A stretch of 64,000 bases of DNA from Anthoceros angustus. Its lineage: Eukaryota > Plantae > Anthocerotophyta. Positions within the stretch are counted from its first letter, which is position 1, and each line of letters starts with the position of its first letter. The notes under the pieces were generated by a model. That model was given only the letters and a program-made list of their open reading frames with translations. It made no database searches and was not told the DNA's origin. The position numbers and the translations under genes were made by a program. Positions 12,703 through 26,156 of the stretch are shown piece by piece. The stretch is from the NCBI GenBank assembly GCA_010909165.1, contig VJWM01000219.1, positions 1 to 64,000 of the forward strand, read 5' to 3'.

Positions 12703-13250
12703 GAAGTGCTTTGCGCTTTATTTCAATCTCGAATTGAGACGTAGTTTCTCGGGGGTGGGGAGGGGGGGGGCCTAGTCCCCCTTGGCCTGGGGTATCTAGA
12801 GGGCTGTCCCGTTCATCCCAATATAAATGGGACTTCATCTCTTCATATTTCAAGTTTTTATTAGTTATTTTTTTCCATAACGTTTTTAAAATCACTGCTT
12901 GGGTAGTTATCTCTACTGTTAATTTTATATATTATAATATATTTTAAATAGTGAAATCGTTGAAATATTAATAAAACTAAGTTAAACCATATAAACTTAT
13001 AATCTCGTCCTCTTAAAGTTTCTAATTACGTTTGGTCAGCTTTTAAAAATACGCATACTAGATATATACAAAATATTTATCCTCCAAAATCATATTTTTC
13101 TTTTTAAAACTCACAAATTTCTTTGAAGAAGTAAGATAGTTTTTAACCTCTTCTCAACATTATTTTCTTGAATTTTTTATGCTAACTCAGGTTCAAGACT
13201 TTAAAAAATATTGTCATAAACTCCAAGCCATGGGGCGTGCCCCTGCACTA

Positions 13251-13455
13251 ATCTACCCTATAACCCCCAACCGCCCCTAAGATCTTAACGTCCACCATAG
13301 GGAAGGGCCTACTTATCACATCTACCCTATAACCCCCAACCGCCCCTAAGATGTTGACGTCCACCATAGGTAAGGGCCTACTTACCACATCTACCCTATA
13401 ACCCCCAACCGCCCCTAAGATGTTGACGTCCACCATAGGGAAGGGCCTACTTACT
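13251..13455. repeat. 69-bp tandem repeat x3
   Basis: ATCTACCCTATAACCCCCAACCGCCCCTAAG... at 13251, 13320 and 13389. Confidence 0.95.
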
Positions 13456-13469
13456 ACTCACGATAGGGC

Positions 13470-14150
13470 CATGTGTGAGAACTGAGGCCCTTCCAGTCTG
13501 CCCTACCTCTACTCGGCCTAGGTCACAATATGGAAGGTCCAAGATGAACTTCTCCAAAATGTTGTTATCTCGAATAAGGAAGCGAGAGGCCAAAATCGGG
13601 GCCGACAGGGCCCAGCTTCCTAGAAAGGTCGTTGGCGCTGAGGCCCACGGCCCAAAGACCTGTGTCCCCAAAAGCGGTAGGGAGGGACGCTTGTCGCTGC
13701 GCTAGGTCTCTGGCTGCGCATTCGAAGAAACCTAGGCCAATAATGTCTTCTAGAGATTGCATAACCTGCTTGTCGAAATCTCCAAGTTGAGAAAGAGGGG
13801 GGATAGTGCGAATGAGGTACCCAGGGTGGCGTGCAAAGCAGGAAGAGAGAATGCCGAAGGCCACCTATGGGTTGCCCAACCTAGAGAGGTCCTAGAGAGG
13901 TCGTCGATATGTGCGCAAGATCCTTTTTTAAAGCAGCATCCACAAATTCCCATATAAAGCCCGAGGGCCCGACCGGGACTCCAAGGACCCGCAGCCCTTG
14001 TGGAGAATCAATATCTTCCCCGGGATAATGAAGAGGGGGCATAATACCGGACGAGGACCAAACCTTGCACTTCAAAATTTTAACCTTCAGGCCAAAGGAG
14101 AAGAGGTCACATAGATAGGTAATCATAGAGGAGGAGTGAATCTCCAAAAC
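13470..14150 (-). mobile_element. Degenerate non-LTR retrotransposon fragment (RT C-terminal region, early-branching CRE/R2-like type)
   Basis: GLKVKILKCKVW, GLRVLGVPVG..GFIWEFV, AFGILSSC...YLIRTIPP, QASLPTAFG resemble the G.x.N..KC / LGVPIG / QA.LP...GGLG motifs of non-LTR RTs; frameshifted. Confidence 0.6.
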
Positions 14151-14711
14151 CATGCATAAGAAGAAAATGTTATTTTGTTAAAAAAGCAAAATAAGATCAA
14201 CTACTATTTTTATTTTTTTATAATAGCTTTTGTATCAATAGATAACTATTGCACTATCTCAAAGTCTTTATAATTTAATTATTAAAATTTTGAAAGACGT
14301 ACCAAATAAATTACTATTTATTGTTGAGATAAAAAAAAGTGTGGGTGATCATTCTGGGGTTAACGGTCTGGGGATAACGGTCTAGATCACTATGCAAGGT
14401 GTTGAGCCTTGGCCTGTTACAAGATTGGCTGACGGGGTCTGATGTTCACCATCCTGGTGCTTTAGGTTCTCTGGTCGAAGGCTCGCTGGAAACGAAAGGA
14501 TTCACCAGGCAACCTAGTCGTGAAGATGGGACAGGATTGTTCGATAACCGCCATTACCATTAACGAGATGCTAAACGAGTCCTGGAAAAGGTTAATAAGC
14601 CTCAAAGACATTGGCGCTTAGAGCACGTCTTTGGCTCTGAGCGTCTGTGGTTAGGGCGTGCAATTGTGAGCTAGTCTACATCGACCTCGCGCATCTCTCC
14701 ATCTTTACATC

Positions 14712-15241
14712 ATGCAGGTGCGTCTTTCAAGCATATTTCGGTGCAAGTAATTGCGGGTTCATGTGAGAGTCCACGTTGCTCATTCCTGGATTGTCCTTGC
14801 AGGCCAGCGACAGGTTTAACATCAACAGCCAGCTTGAGCATTTGCAGGCTAAATATGTCGGCACCGGCCATGCGGATCTCAATCGATTGTAAGCATGAGA
14901 ACTGCCTGTAAGCTGCTGTGTGTCATCCTCTGAGAATGAGATTGGGGTTAAAGTATGCTAGGGTTTTTTTTTGGTTGCAGTGAATGGGCAGTGAACATCC
15001 AGCGGGACAGCTATGCGTCATACGTAGGGCACGATCCTCTCCTCGCCTACTTCGCAGTGGCGGAGAACGAGTCTGTGGGACGAATGAGATACAACTTCAT
15101 GCAGGTCACTCTGCGATTAGATTCTCTGAACGGATTACCAATGGTGTCTTTTATGTGGTATGGTTCTTGACGTTCGAGGGGCCTTTCTTGCAGAAAATGT
15201 TGGTCCCATGTGGTCTGCCGCCGGAACGAGAGGAGGACTGA
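14712..15241 (+). CDS. SF3B5: Splicing factor 3B subunit 5 (SF3b10), 4 exons
   Basis: MQ|ASDRFNINSQLEHLQAKYVGTGHADLNRF|EWAVNIQRDSYASYVGHDPLLAYFAVAENESVGRMRYNFMQ|KMLVPCGLPPEREED* with GT-AG introns. Confidence 0.97.
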
Positions 15242-15299
15242 CTGAGAGGAGCTTGCCTGTGAGCAACCCTTGCCTGTGGGGCTACGCAGTTGCAAGGAT

Positions 15300-17480
15300 T
15301 GAGCGGGAGCTCGAACAGTTGGTAATGTGATGCACACTTCCAGCACAAGGAAATAGTCTTTTTTGGACCAGGCAGAAATCGTGCCCGAGAAAGCCATTCA
15401 AGATTTGTAGGTGCAGCTTACTTACAAGCGCACTTCGGAGTTGCGCACCTGGCAAGGTGAACGAACTTCGCACGTTGTCCAGGATTTGCGCACTCTCAGA
15501 TAACAGTTGAACGATCTTGAAGGTAAATGAGCCACACTCCCTACACTGTAAGTCCCAGATCACGAACCTACTTGATGAAATCAGTTTCTTTCGAACTGGG
15601 CGTGCGTACTTAAGTGCCACCTTGAGAACTGTTGTGTACCTGGCACCTGGCCGACACCCACAAATAAATGATCTCACTGATCATGTTCGACCATTGGTTA
15701 TTGTTGCATGTTGCAGCGACTGGAAAGCAACACCTCAGAATCCATGTCTTCGTTGAGATTCTTTCTACCAGAACCATGCCAGGGTGGTGCTTGTTGTCCA
15801 GAGTCCTCTTGTACGGGTCGTTTCCTCACAAACGTGTGAGCAGCAGCACTTCCTAGTTCTAACCTCAGCCACAGTTCTTCTTCAAGGCCTTTCTCACCTA
15901 ACCTCTTTACAGTACTTGCTGTCAAGTCGTCAACGATATCAGATTCTCCCGGGCTCTCATCATCCTGTAGGCTTTGTTTCCCATCCCCTGCACAAAAAGA
16001 AGAACGAATGCGTCAGTTCTCTACACACCGGACTGAACAGGGGCTCAAGGATCTCACGGGGAGTTACACAAAACATCGCAACTTACTTGGTAAACGGGGA
16101 TCACCGTCGGGGAGCACAGGTGGTCTCAACCTGAGTGGCTCCATGAATGTTCTGCGGGAAGCTGCTGGAGTGATCAGAATGGGTGAAAACCTAGAGAACC
16201 TTGCATTGGCAGTAGTAGGGGTTTCAGAGCTTGGAGCACGTTTTGGTAAAGGAGCTTGCACCGACTGACCCAAACTAGGATACCTTCGCAACAAGTCTGG
16301 CGGAGGTAAGGGGGTCATCATTCCCGGGCTCATACACTCAGCTGCAGAACTGATCCCAGAGGATCTGGAAGGTGTAGAGAGCGTGGCATTACCACTACAT
16401 CCCACACTGGACCGGAACAGGTGCACAGACGCCGGTGGGGAGGGGAGGACGGGAGTGACCATTTGAGAGGAAAAGGACGAGGCTGTGCTATCCCGGGACA
16501 AACCTACAGAGCCAGTGCTATCCTGGGACAAATCTACAGAGCCTGTGCTATCCTGGGATATATCTGCAGAATGTGGAGTCAAAGGCACTGATGGTACAGC
16601 AGACAGCACAAGGTCTTCAGATACCAGGTCTTCAGACACCTGTCGGACAGAGGGGTGGGGCGTTGGAGCCAGGGGTTTCGACCTCCTAGGTGGTAGAGGA
16701 GTGAAGAACATGGGACTCGAGATGGTGTATGATGAAGGAACCAGGGGAGAACTGCTCAGGACCATAGTTTCGCTGTCTGGTTCAGGCTCCATGGGAATGA
16801 CATCCTTCACTGTCAGCCCTTTCCCTGGCAGCAAACTAGGGCTTTCCGGAGGAGGAGGAGGAGTGTCAGATCTTGTCGAAGCCAACCTCAGGAAAGAGTC
16901 CCAATTCTGCGAAAACGAACCACGAACACAACCACATTAGCACCAAAAGCACTTGCAAGGGCAGCGTTCCTGCCGTGAAGATCTGTGAACCAAAGAACCA
17001 ATCCCCCAATCATACCACCAAAATGGATTCAACTTCAGTCATCGCTGCGGCAAAGCTCTCCACTTCATGGTCCTTCAACTTCCCACCCAGCCCGAGGCGA
17101 TGTGCTGAAACCATCAAGCCATCAATCTGGAACACGCAACACAGGCCGGTCACACCTCCACCCCCGCACCTCCACAAGAAATCCGACCTCACACTTGAAA
17201 TCAGCTCTAAACTGGCAGATCATAGACACAGTTCTTTCAGTCAGCACCAGGCAGCACCGTGTGGATCAACCTTGTTCAACGTCTCAGAAACTCGTTTGTG
17301 CACAGCATTCAAGCGCACCCATGGACTGTCAGAAGATTCCTTCGCCCTCGCTTTGGCCTTGCCTTTGCCCACCGTCCGGAATCTGGCCTCCTGGTCCTCG
17401 TCGAGCTGCTGGTTTGTCAGGTCCCGCAATGCTCTGATCTTTCTTGGATGCGGAGTCCCCTTGCCCCGTCCTTTTTTCAT
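15300..17480 (-). CDS. Unidentified multi-exon protein with a basic N-terminus and a long Ser/Pro-rich central exon (boundaries approximate)
   Basis: Open frames 17241-17480 (MKKGRGKG...RALRDLTN), 17010-17130, 16064-16885 and 15700-15925, separated by GT..AG-bounded segments; no recognisable domain. Confidence 0.5.
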
Positions 17481-17826
17481 GGCTACGAACCGCCCTCTCA
17501 ACCAAACCAAAGCCGGCCTCCCCTCGCTGCCGCGAACTCAATCCTCTAATGTGCGTTTCGAAAATCCGTGCGCGCTACTGAGACCCGCTCATTCCATCCA
17601 TCTCATACGATCCCATTCATGTGCTGAGATTGCGGCACCGGCTTTCTCCTTCTTTCCATCCCCCTCGAACGTCTGCACAGCCACCCACAGTACTGCTGAT
17701 ATCTTCATTGCAAAACATGATCCGGCAACGCAACCACATCCTTCGCTGGAAGGCAAGAGGTCGAAATTTGAATCCTCCAGCCGAGGCTTACCCGCCGGTT
17801 TGGATCGTGGCAACTATCAAGACCTT

Positions 17827-18991
17827 CTACACCGGCTTAAAACAGGATAGAGGAATTTTTAAGCCTAAAATGGGCCCAACCACAGATAACCATGTGGCCA
17901 AGTAGAGTGATTCACGATCCTCTCTACTACTTGGTGCTCGGCTACTCTCAATGGCTTCTTGATCAGGGATTGTTTTTGTTGGTGAGTCACCGAGCACGAG
18001 GGCCAACAGGGCTGCTGTGCCGCAAGGGTGAAGACTGAACCAAGGCCTATGAAGGTAAGGATGCTCCTGCGAAATGAAATCACGAGACACTTTCCAGTTC
18101 AGAAGTGGAAACAGAAACACTCGAGATCGTGTGCCAAGGAGAAGAGCAAGCAGTACTTGCACCTGTTGAGTCACAAAAGTCCAACGTGATTTCTCCGAGT
18201 TGTCATGCATGTTTGTTGGAAGATCTCTACTCATTTGATCCCAGGAGAGAGGGCTCCCATCTACATATGCCACAGAGAAATGTCAGAGAAATCGCAACAG
18301 AGTGAAGGGCACCTACAACCTTGCCAATCATTGCTTACCAGAGAGACAGCCTCTCAAAAACATGACTGGAACTCTGTACGATTCGCTGTAGACAATGTGG
18401 AAAGTGTAGATGTGGCAATCGTCAATTGTGTCATCAAGCTGCATGAGGTTTCGTCAGCTGAAGGACTCCAAGTCCTTCTTTTTCGTAGGCTACAAGCTTT
18501 GTAATGGTGTGGATACGTTAGGCAACATACCACTGTGGCTTCATCCTTGTAGCTAGTTGTCTCCACTGCATGGCCTTCCGGAATTGCATCGGCCTGCGGT
18601 GAACATCCGGATCACTTTGTTAATGTTACACGGTATGGTATGCCTGGCGGGACTAAGACAAATACGGCTCCAGGCAGACCTCCTCTGACAAACGCGCGCC
18701 AGGAGTGGTCACAACTTCTAATTCAAGGTACCCTCCGGCCTGCATGTTGGGACGCATCACTATGGTGAATTAGGAAGAAATAATGCTTCACCATGAGAAG
18801 CAGCATAAGCAAGCGCTCACCCCATCACTCAGAGCAATTGCAGACGCGCTGAGAGAGGAGGGAGCATCCTGCCACTGCCACTGCTCGGAATTTCCAGGGC
18901 AAAGCTCCTGCCATCTCTGCACAAGGTTTAGAGCTGCAATTCTGAACTGCCCGCCCGAGACTGTACCGTCCCATTCTTGCCTGCCCACCAT
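17827..18991 (-). CDS. ATG10: Autophagy E2-like enzyme ATG10 (multi-exon)
   Basis: WDGTVSGGQFRIAALNLVQRW; YTFHIVYSESYRVPVMFLRG; DGSPL; SRWTFVTQQ|EHPYLHRPWFSLHPCGT (catalytic Cys); YLATWLSVVGPILGLKIP. Confidence 0.93.
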
Positions 18992-19359
18992 GATAGTTCA
19001 GCTTTGCCTGTTGATGCTGGTGCACGGAACTTGAAACCCAAAATTATGGCTGAAATAGCCACACACAGCGCAATTTTGTGAGCAACAGCGGCAAATATGT
19101 TCAAGGTGAGACCAGCGGCTGTTCGTGGGTGCGGCAACAACGAGAAGGCTGTCCGTTTTCAGTGTTGCTGTTCTTTCTGCCGAAGCTGGCAGTCACCACT
19201 TCCCAGAATAGGAGTTTCTCATAGTCCGGGCAATCTGGTTCAGAAGTACGACGGAAGCAAATACCAAATTTGCGCCTCATCAGTCAGGGCTGTCTATATA
19301 TATAGATAGCTTCGGATCCAACAGTTTCAGAGCCTTGGATATCACCTGCTCCTCCTATC

Positions 19360-22300
19360 ATGGCCGCTCAGCTGACCTCGAAGTGGAGATCGGTGGAGCT
19401 TGCTTTCCTGTTGGTGTATGCAACGTTGTTTGTAATTCTAGTTACTTTACGTGGCGCAAAGATTTCCTCAGGTTGAACGGTGTCCGAGTGCACAAACCTC
19501 TTGTTCATGAAAGTCAAAGCTCTGCATTCTAACCTACGTGCTTGTCATCGTAGCAGAATACTCATCTGGATCACATGCTGGCTGGTTAAGGGGTCTGGAA
19601 AGGGGTTGGATCTTCTCTCAGAATAATGTGAGTATATCCGTGCCATGCTCACTCTTGCCCAGTTCTAGAAAAAGTTTACAGTCGATCAGTTGAAATCCCT
19701 TTTGTTTGCAGGATGTTTCAGATAGCCAGTGGCGTAATTTTCGGGCAAACCTTCCCATCTTGACTGTGTTGATGGCATCTGTCACTCTCACAGCTCATGG
19801 ACTTCGAAAATATCTACACTTCTCTACCAGAGGGTTGTCCTGGTTTTGGCTTGTGATATCACTGGGCTACATCTCCTACTTGCATGGTGTCTGGTACAAA
19901 CTGGGCGGGAGTACTTATGATCTATTCAATAAGTTCATGTTCAGTGCATCTTATGGGTTCAAGTAATGAGATTGCTTTTGCTTCTGTGCAGTGTCTTTTT
20001 CATTGTGGCCATAGCTCTGTTCAACTACATCCTGGTCAAGGTAGCCAAATTGCCGTTTGCAGGGTGATCAAATGCAAGACTGCCCAACTCTTCTGGTCTT
20101 TTTGTCCACGATTCTTATACCTTAGTAACTGCAGGTATTTGTTGGGACACGCGCTTTCCCTCTTCTAATTTGGGTCTGCAATGGAGCAATCCTTGTAGCT
20201 ACACGTGTAAATGAAGGCTACTCCTTCTCAGCATTCGGGTATAGCATCATCTCAAGGGCAGGGCAGGCTTAATATTACTTTGTTCCAAGCAGGTGCCCAA
20301 CAATCAACCTGACATCTTTCGCACGAACTTTCTATGCAGGACAAATTGGGCACACCTGGATAGCTACAGAGGAGTCATGCGGTGGCATATCAGCTTTAAC
20401 TTGGGTATGTTGTCCTACATAGATGTTGTATCTTCGTTGAATCCTGGTTCATGCTCGCTACCAGCTTCTGATACTTAGATCTGTGCAGTGATGTTGCGGA
20501 TGGTGAGCTATGGCCTTGACTACCACTGGGCTTTCATAAATCGTCCTTCTACCATCAACTGGGAGGTCCGTCTACCTTCTGTTCATTCATCATTCCTTCC
20601 TTTGCATTCTTGAATAGGTTATGAGTCAGTTGTAAGTGGCGGCTTGGCAATGTCCAAGGGCTTCGTAGATAAACTTATTGCTGCAGCCTATCATACCAAT
20701 ACGATGGCAGCTGCTTTGTGGCATGTGTTTCAGAAGCATACAAAACGCTGTTCTACTTGTCAAGCTGGGGCAGGGTGCTCTGTAGCCCGACAGGTGAGCC
20801 AGTGTCTTTCACGGATTCCATGTCTAAGTTGTAGGATTTCTAAGAAGGAAACTGAAGAACCTCCTTTCGCTGCCAGGAAAGGTCTCTGCCGCTGGCGGAC
20901 TATGGTCTCATAACCTACTTGGCTTATCTTATGTATCCGCCTCTTTACATTGCCGGTCCTATCATTGGTTACAATGCCTTTGCTGCGCAGGTTGGTATAT
21001 GTCACGCATATGCTGCATTTGTCCCGTATCATCTTCATGTTATTAGTCCCCTTGTCCAAATCTTCTTGCAGCCTCCCTATTTGAGCAGACTAAACCTGGA
21101 TCTTCTTGCAGCTAAATGCTCCCCAGAGATCCCTCAGCACCAGACAGATTGCATGGTACGGCTGTCGGTGGCTTGGTTGTTTACTGCTGATGGAGCTGCT
21201 GACTCATTACTGCTACTTCAATGCTCTTGCTACTAGGTACTGCAACACTATGGACTGATGGACTGCAAATCCTTTCAGCTGATACACCTTGTCATTTTTT
21301 CTTGAGTGCTTACTCGTATACATAACTGACGTGTGTGCTTCCAGTGGGATCTGGAAGGTGTTACCTCCATTGGATGTGTTTATTATTGGATATGGGGTAA
21401 GTCTCATGTGATGAACTGCAACAATTCTTGCTTGGGAGTCAGGTTCGGCTTTTGGAGAGCTTGCACAAAGGCAATGTTTGACAGCACGTTTGACACATTG
21501 TAACTAATGATTTTGCAGGTTCTGAACGCAATGTGGCTCAAATTTCTATTGATCTGGCGCTTCTTTCGGTTCTGGTCCCTGGTATGCTTCCTTGAGACGC
21601 TTTGCATATGCAAGTTGTTAATATGTGCTGCCCAGCTCTCACGTACGTCAGAATGCAGATTGCTGGAATTGAAGCTCCAGAGAACATGCTGGGGTGTTTG
21701 AATAACTGCTATGATTTGGAAGGCTTTTGGAAAAGCTGGCACGCATCATACAATCGGTGGCTTGTCAGGTGAAAGTTTACCGGACTATTCGCTGCATGAG
21801 GAATTTGATAGCCGCACTGCAAGCTAACATGCTGTCCTGCTTTATTCAAGATACTTATATATCCCACTGGGAGGGGCACGATGGAGACTGCTAAATGTGT
21901 GGGTCATCTTCACTTTTGTGGCAATTTGGCACGACCTCGAGTGGTAAGGCTCTTTGCTGCTACTGCTATTTGTGGGGATGCCTAGAATTGCAGGGGACTG
22001 ATGCAGGATATCCTCAAATTCAGGAAACTCTTGTCATGGGCATGGGTCACCTGTCTGTTGATGATTCCGGAGATTTTGGCCAAAGCATTCGCCCGGTCAG
22101 CTATGGTAAGCATACTGCATTAGGCTAGGAAATACTGTGTGTAACGTAACCTGCAACTTATGAAAGATTCAGGGGAACAGGACCAAAAGATCACGAGTTT
22201 TCTGCCTGTTTCAGATGCAACGGCATCAGAAGGCGTGGTGGTTCAGGGAATGCTGTGCAGTAGCTGGAGCTTTGAATATCACAGGCCTTGTGGTCCGTGC

Positions 22301-22714
22301 TCAAACTCGATCCTCAGGTGCCTTGATGGAATGTCGTTGTCTGGTTCTGTATCTCACAGTCTGGCCTTTTGATAATGCAGACAGCAAACCTCGTAGGTTT
22401 TGTGATCGGAATCTCAGGGTTGCGAATCTGGGCTTCAACGCTTTTCGGTTCCGAAAGTAAGCGCAATTCCATGTTTTCCAACCAGTTGGCCGTCCTCGTT
22501 CATAAGCTGACTTGCGCTCTTTGATCGCAGATGTATTGCTACTGTTTGGGATATTGACGACGTTCTACGTGGGAACCAAGGTACGTAGTGCACATCTCTG
22601 GTGGCTCATTCCTGGAAGATGAGAAACCATACCAACAGAAACTGTGGCATACAGATAATGTTTTATATTCGGGAGAGGAAAGCATCTCAGGAAAGTCAGA
22701 AGTGGGTGGATTAG
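19360..22714 (+). CDS. Membrane-bound O-acyltransferase, GUP1/HHAT-like (many exons)
   Basis: DVSDSQWRNFRANLPIL; AYLMYPPLYIAGPIIGYNAF; WLKFLLIWRFFRFWSL; GIEAPENML..NNCYDLEGFWKSWHASYNRWLVRYLYIPLGG; VIFTFVAIWHDLEW (MBOAT active-site His). Confidence 0.93.
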
Positions 22715-23082
22715 CTCCATCAGGCTTGGAGTGTCAGGGAATTACCATCATCTCAGACAGTTCGAACGGTTCCCTATCAATCATTTTCCTTTAATTTATC
22801 ATTTTTTCCTTCTGCTGCCATTTCCAGGAAGAGGTTAATATTTGCCTCTTCCTCCATCCGACCCGATCGCTACATTTTCTCAACAGTCTTCCTGAAAGCA
22901 GAAAGGATAATAGGCTCTGCCAATTCTTAAGTCAACAACGGAGTCTACTCTACAAAATGTTTTGTACAGACGACGAACCAGATAGCCGCAATACCCAAGG
23001 CTGGGGACAACCATGGGGCCAGCCTCATGTCACACCACCGCTGTACGTTACTAGACACTCACGAAGTACCCGTGCAGGCCTC

Positions 23083-26000
23083 CTACCCTTTCCTCATGTT
23101 CCGCCCAGCCCGGATAACCTCGTCAACCAGTAGCAGCTGAGCGGCAATCACAGGCCTGCATGACAGCCATCGCCAGGGCATGATTCAGCACATAAAGTCA
23201 CCAACCAAACGTTGAAAGAAATGAGCTGCCGCTTGAATAAAAAAAGAAATGTGTAGCCGCTTAAATCTAAAAGAAATACGTAGCCGCTTGAATCAAGGAT
23301 CTTACGCTGAGCTAACAATTTGCCTCTTGACGGCGTAGTTGTCATAGATGCCTTCAAGATGAGGGTCCATTGGTTCTCCAGTATTATGGTTCAGACCTAC
23401 TACATTTCCGTTGGCATGCTCCGACTGACGCAAACACAAAACGTTAGGTACTTGGATAACCCAGGAATAGAAAAACGAAAGCTGGAAATATGATTGGTGA
23501 GGAAACCTGAAGTCCAATCAACACATCTTGGGTGTCAAGCCCAGCATTTTCAGCCAAAGTCTTTGGCACAATCAGCAGAGCATTTGCAAACGCTTCCACA
23601 CCTAGTTGAGCACGCTGCAAGACAAACAAGTATAGAGTCAGACACATGCACCCGACCGCGGATATCAAAACATGACAGAATTCACTGGGAAAAGAACTTC
23701 AGTTAGAAAACGTACCCCTTGCACTGCCTTCTTCACCGTGTTCAGCAGATAATCTGCAGCTGCGACCTCGAAGGCCCCCGCTCCCTGCAAACATAAAAAT
23801 TTTTAGCTCTAAAAGAAACCACTAGATATCAAATCCCCACAGATTTGCTCAGGCTCTAAAAAACATCTCTAGTAATCACCCAGACTAACCAAGACCACAG
23901 CTTCATCCTCTATCGTGTTCTTCACAGATCTCAAACCATCCCTCACAGCGTCCTTGATTTGGGCAATTGTGTGGTCATTTGGGCCTGCAGAGTAGGGCAC
24001 ACAAATGAGTCAGACTCAACCCAATAGCACTCCTGGAAAACATACTTAAGAGCGCAACAGCCCTTACCTTTGACAAGAATGGTACAGGAGTGTGGATTTT
24101 TCACTTCCTCCACAAACGTATATTTCTCGTCACCTAATACATGCTCATACACCAGCCCTGCATACCCTAGGACATCTTCGGAGAGACCCTCCACTGAGTT
24201 GATGGCTTCTCCACCACAGGCAAGAACCAAGCGCTCCATGTTTCTCCGCTTTGCCCTTCTTAAAGCAACAATCTACAAGCAGATGTACAAACGTGAGATC
24301 CTGCAGAGAGAGACAGCATTAGCTCTAAAATTTGACCAAAGAGCTGAGATAGGAGGACCAGTACCCCTTCTCTTGCAAGCAGGTCCAATGAGATGGGATC
24401 AATGCCTTTCTGATTGATCACTACAAAATTCTTGTCTGTTCCATCACAAACCTGCACAGCAGAGACACTTGCCAGATGAAACAGCTGAACATGTGGGTCC
24501 ACATAAACAACAAAAAGCAAGTGAAGTACCTTCTTTTTCAGCGCAATAATCTTATGGACTTTGTCATCCACATGCTTCCGCTCAGCAGCTACCATCTTTT
24601 CTCGTGTTTCAGCATCATGGTAGAAGAAGCCAGAATTCACCTCACTGTCGAAAAAGACATCATCCCATCATATTGCTAAAAGCTCCAGGATATGATCAAG
24701 TTAATGTGACTTGCACATGCACAACTACATAATTTGCATATCACTACAGACCTCTTTTCATACTCCAAACCAATGTTGCAAGTAAGAATGTAACAGTTCT
24801 CCACTCGCTTCTTCATGTCAGGATGCCGAGCTCCATGATCCAAGACCAGACCCTCCACCTGCATGATCCGGAAGCAATCATCTTAAAACCCACAAACACC
24901 TTACCAAATGGAAACGACAATATATCCTGAGGCTCTCTCCCAGGATAGTAACCACAACCTAGACATACCAAGCGTGTGTCGATGTCCAATCTATGTCGCA
25001 TGTGCATTTGTTCGACCATGAACAGATCAATCGCCTCATTGGGTTTTCTGATACACAGCACCTGCAGTTCAATCAACAAAAATCGTCAAGGTCTTTGTCA
25101 TTACTATAGAGGCGGGTCAACCAACACTGTCTAAAGCATCACCCACCGCATTGACAACTATGTCTGTTAACTGGTCCGCGAGTGATTGATGCAACTGTGG
25201 ACACACAGACCAAAAGAAAATGTCAGGATTAGTATAAACCCAGCAAACTCCTAGCTCACACACCATAAACGCCTGTCAACTGTACAGTTGACCTACGAAT
25301 TACCACCAGTTCCAAAGAAAACTACCTTTGTCCTCAAAGTGGTCCGAGCCACCATCGTAAGTATCTCCTTGTCAGGAGTATCTCCGATCACAACAGGGGT
25401 CTTGAATTTCTCGAGAAACTCCAAAGTCTTTTTCTTCGCAATCTCAAAGCCGTCAACAACCACACGTGGATGCAGCCCTGAACAACAGAGTGTACTCGTG
25501 AGAGAAAACAAACTGACAGCACCCTTTATCAGCAAAAATCGGCACCCAAAAGACAATTTACACCTAACCAGCACCCCTCATCCAGCGGTTCAGCAAGAAC
25601 CTGGTACCTTCACTGATGAAACGCTCAGACTGCTTCATCAACTCTCCAATCACAAGAACAGTAGTGGTCGTTCCGTCTCCACTAAATTCGTCCTGAGCCA
25701 CAGCTGTCCTAGCTATCATGATGGCTGTTGGATTTTGAATTTGCTGCATGCGCGTAAGACCCTCTCATCAACACCGTCTGCCACAATCCCTGACTAGTCT
25801 CTACCTCCAAATACCTCCAACCGAGACCCCGATCCGATGCAGCAAAGCGATGATTTTCATCTAGTGAACTCACCATCTCCTTGAGAAGCGTGTTGCCATC
25901 CTTGGTGAGCTTGATATCACCCGCTCCTCCCACGAGCCTGCAGGCCGGAAAAGCACCTTGGGCATCAATGCGACCCACAGAAAACACAGCTCCGAACAGC

Positions 26001-26156
26001 AGATGCAGGCACCAAGACTCACATCTTGATAGTCCCCTTCGGCCCGAGATTGGTTTTCAGCACCTCCTGAAGCCCCTTGGCAGCATTGATGTTCATGTTC
26101 AGTGCAGCAGACTTGTTGAGCACCTCTGCGTTGGGGTTCAGCACGCGGATCGCCAT
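23083..26156 (-). CDS. CCT6: T-complex protein 1 subunit zeta (CCT6), multi-exon
   Basis: [45 protein letters not shown]; [12 protein letters not shown]; [23 protein letters not shown]; [15 protein letters not shown]; [13 protein letters not shown]; ERLVLACGG; [16 protein letters not shown]. Confidence 0.97.

Noticed and set aside
12740-13250. AT-rich segment with G-rich ends, possible hAT/MITE
   Set aside because: I could not establish matching terminal inverted repeats or a TSD.
13248-13436. ORF MVDVNILGAVGGYRVDV x3
   Set aside because: It is a translation artefact of the 69-bp (multiple-of-3) tandem repeat.
13251-13455. Possible CRISPR-like array (also considered for 8546-8891 and 61809-62190)
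   Set aside because: The units are head-to-tail with no unique spacers, there are no cas genes, and the context is eukaryotic.
16485-17850. Plus-strand ORFs of 151 and 325 aa
   Set aside because: They are antisense to, or overlap, the minus-strand gene; no domain and no splice support.
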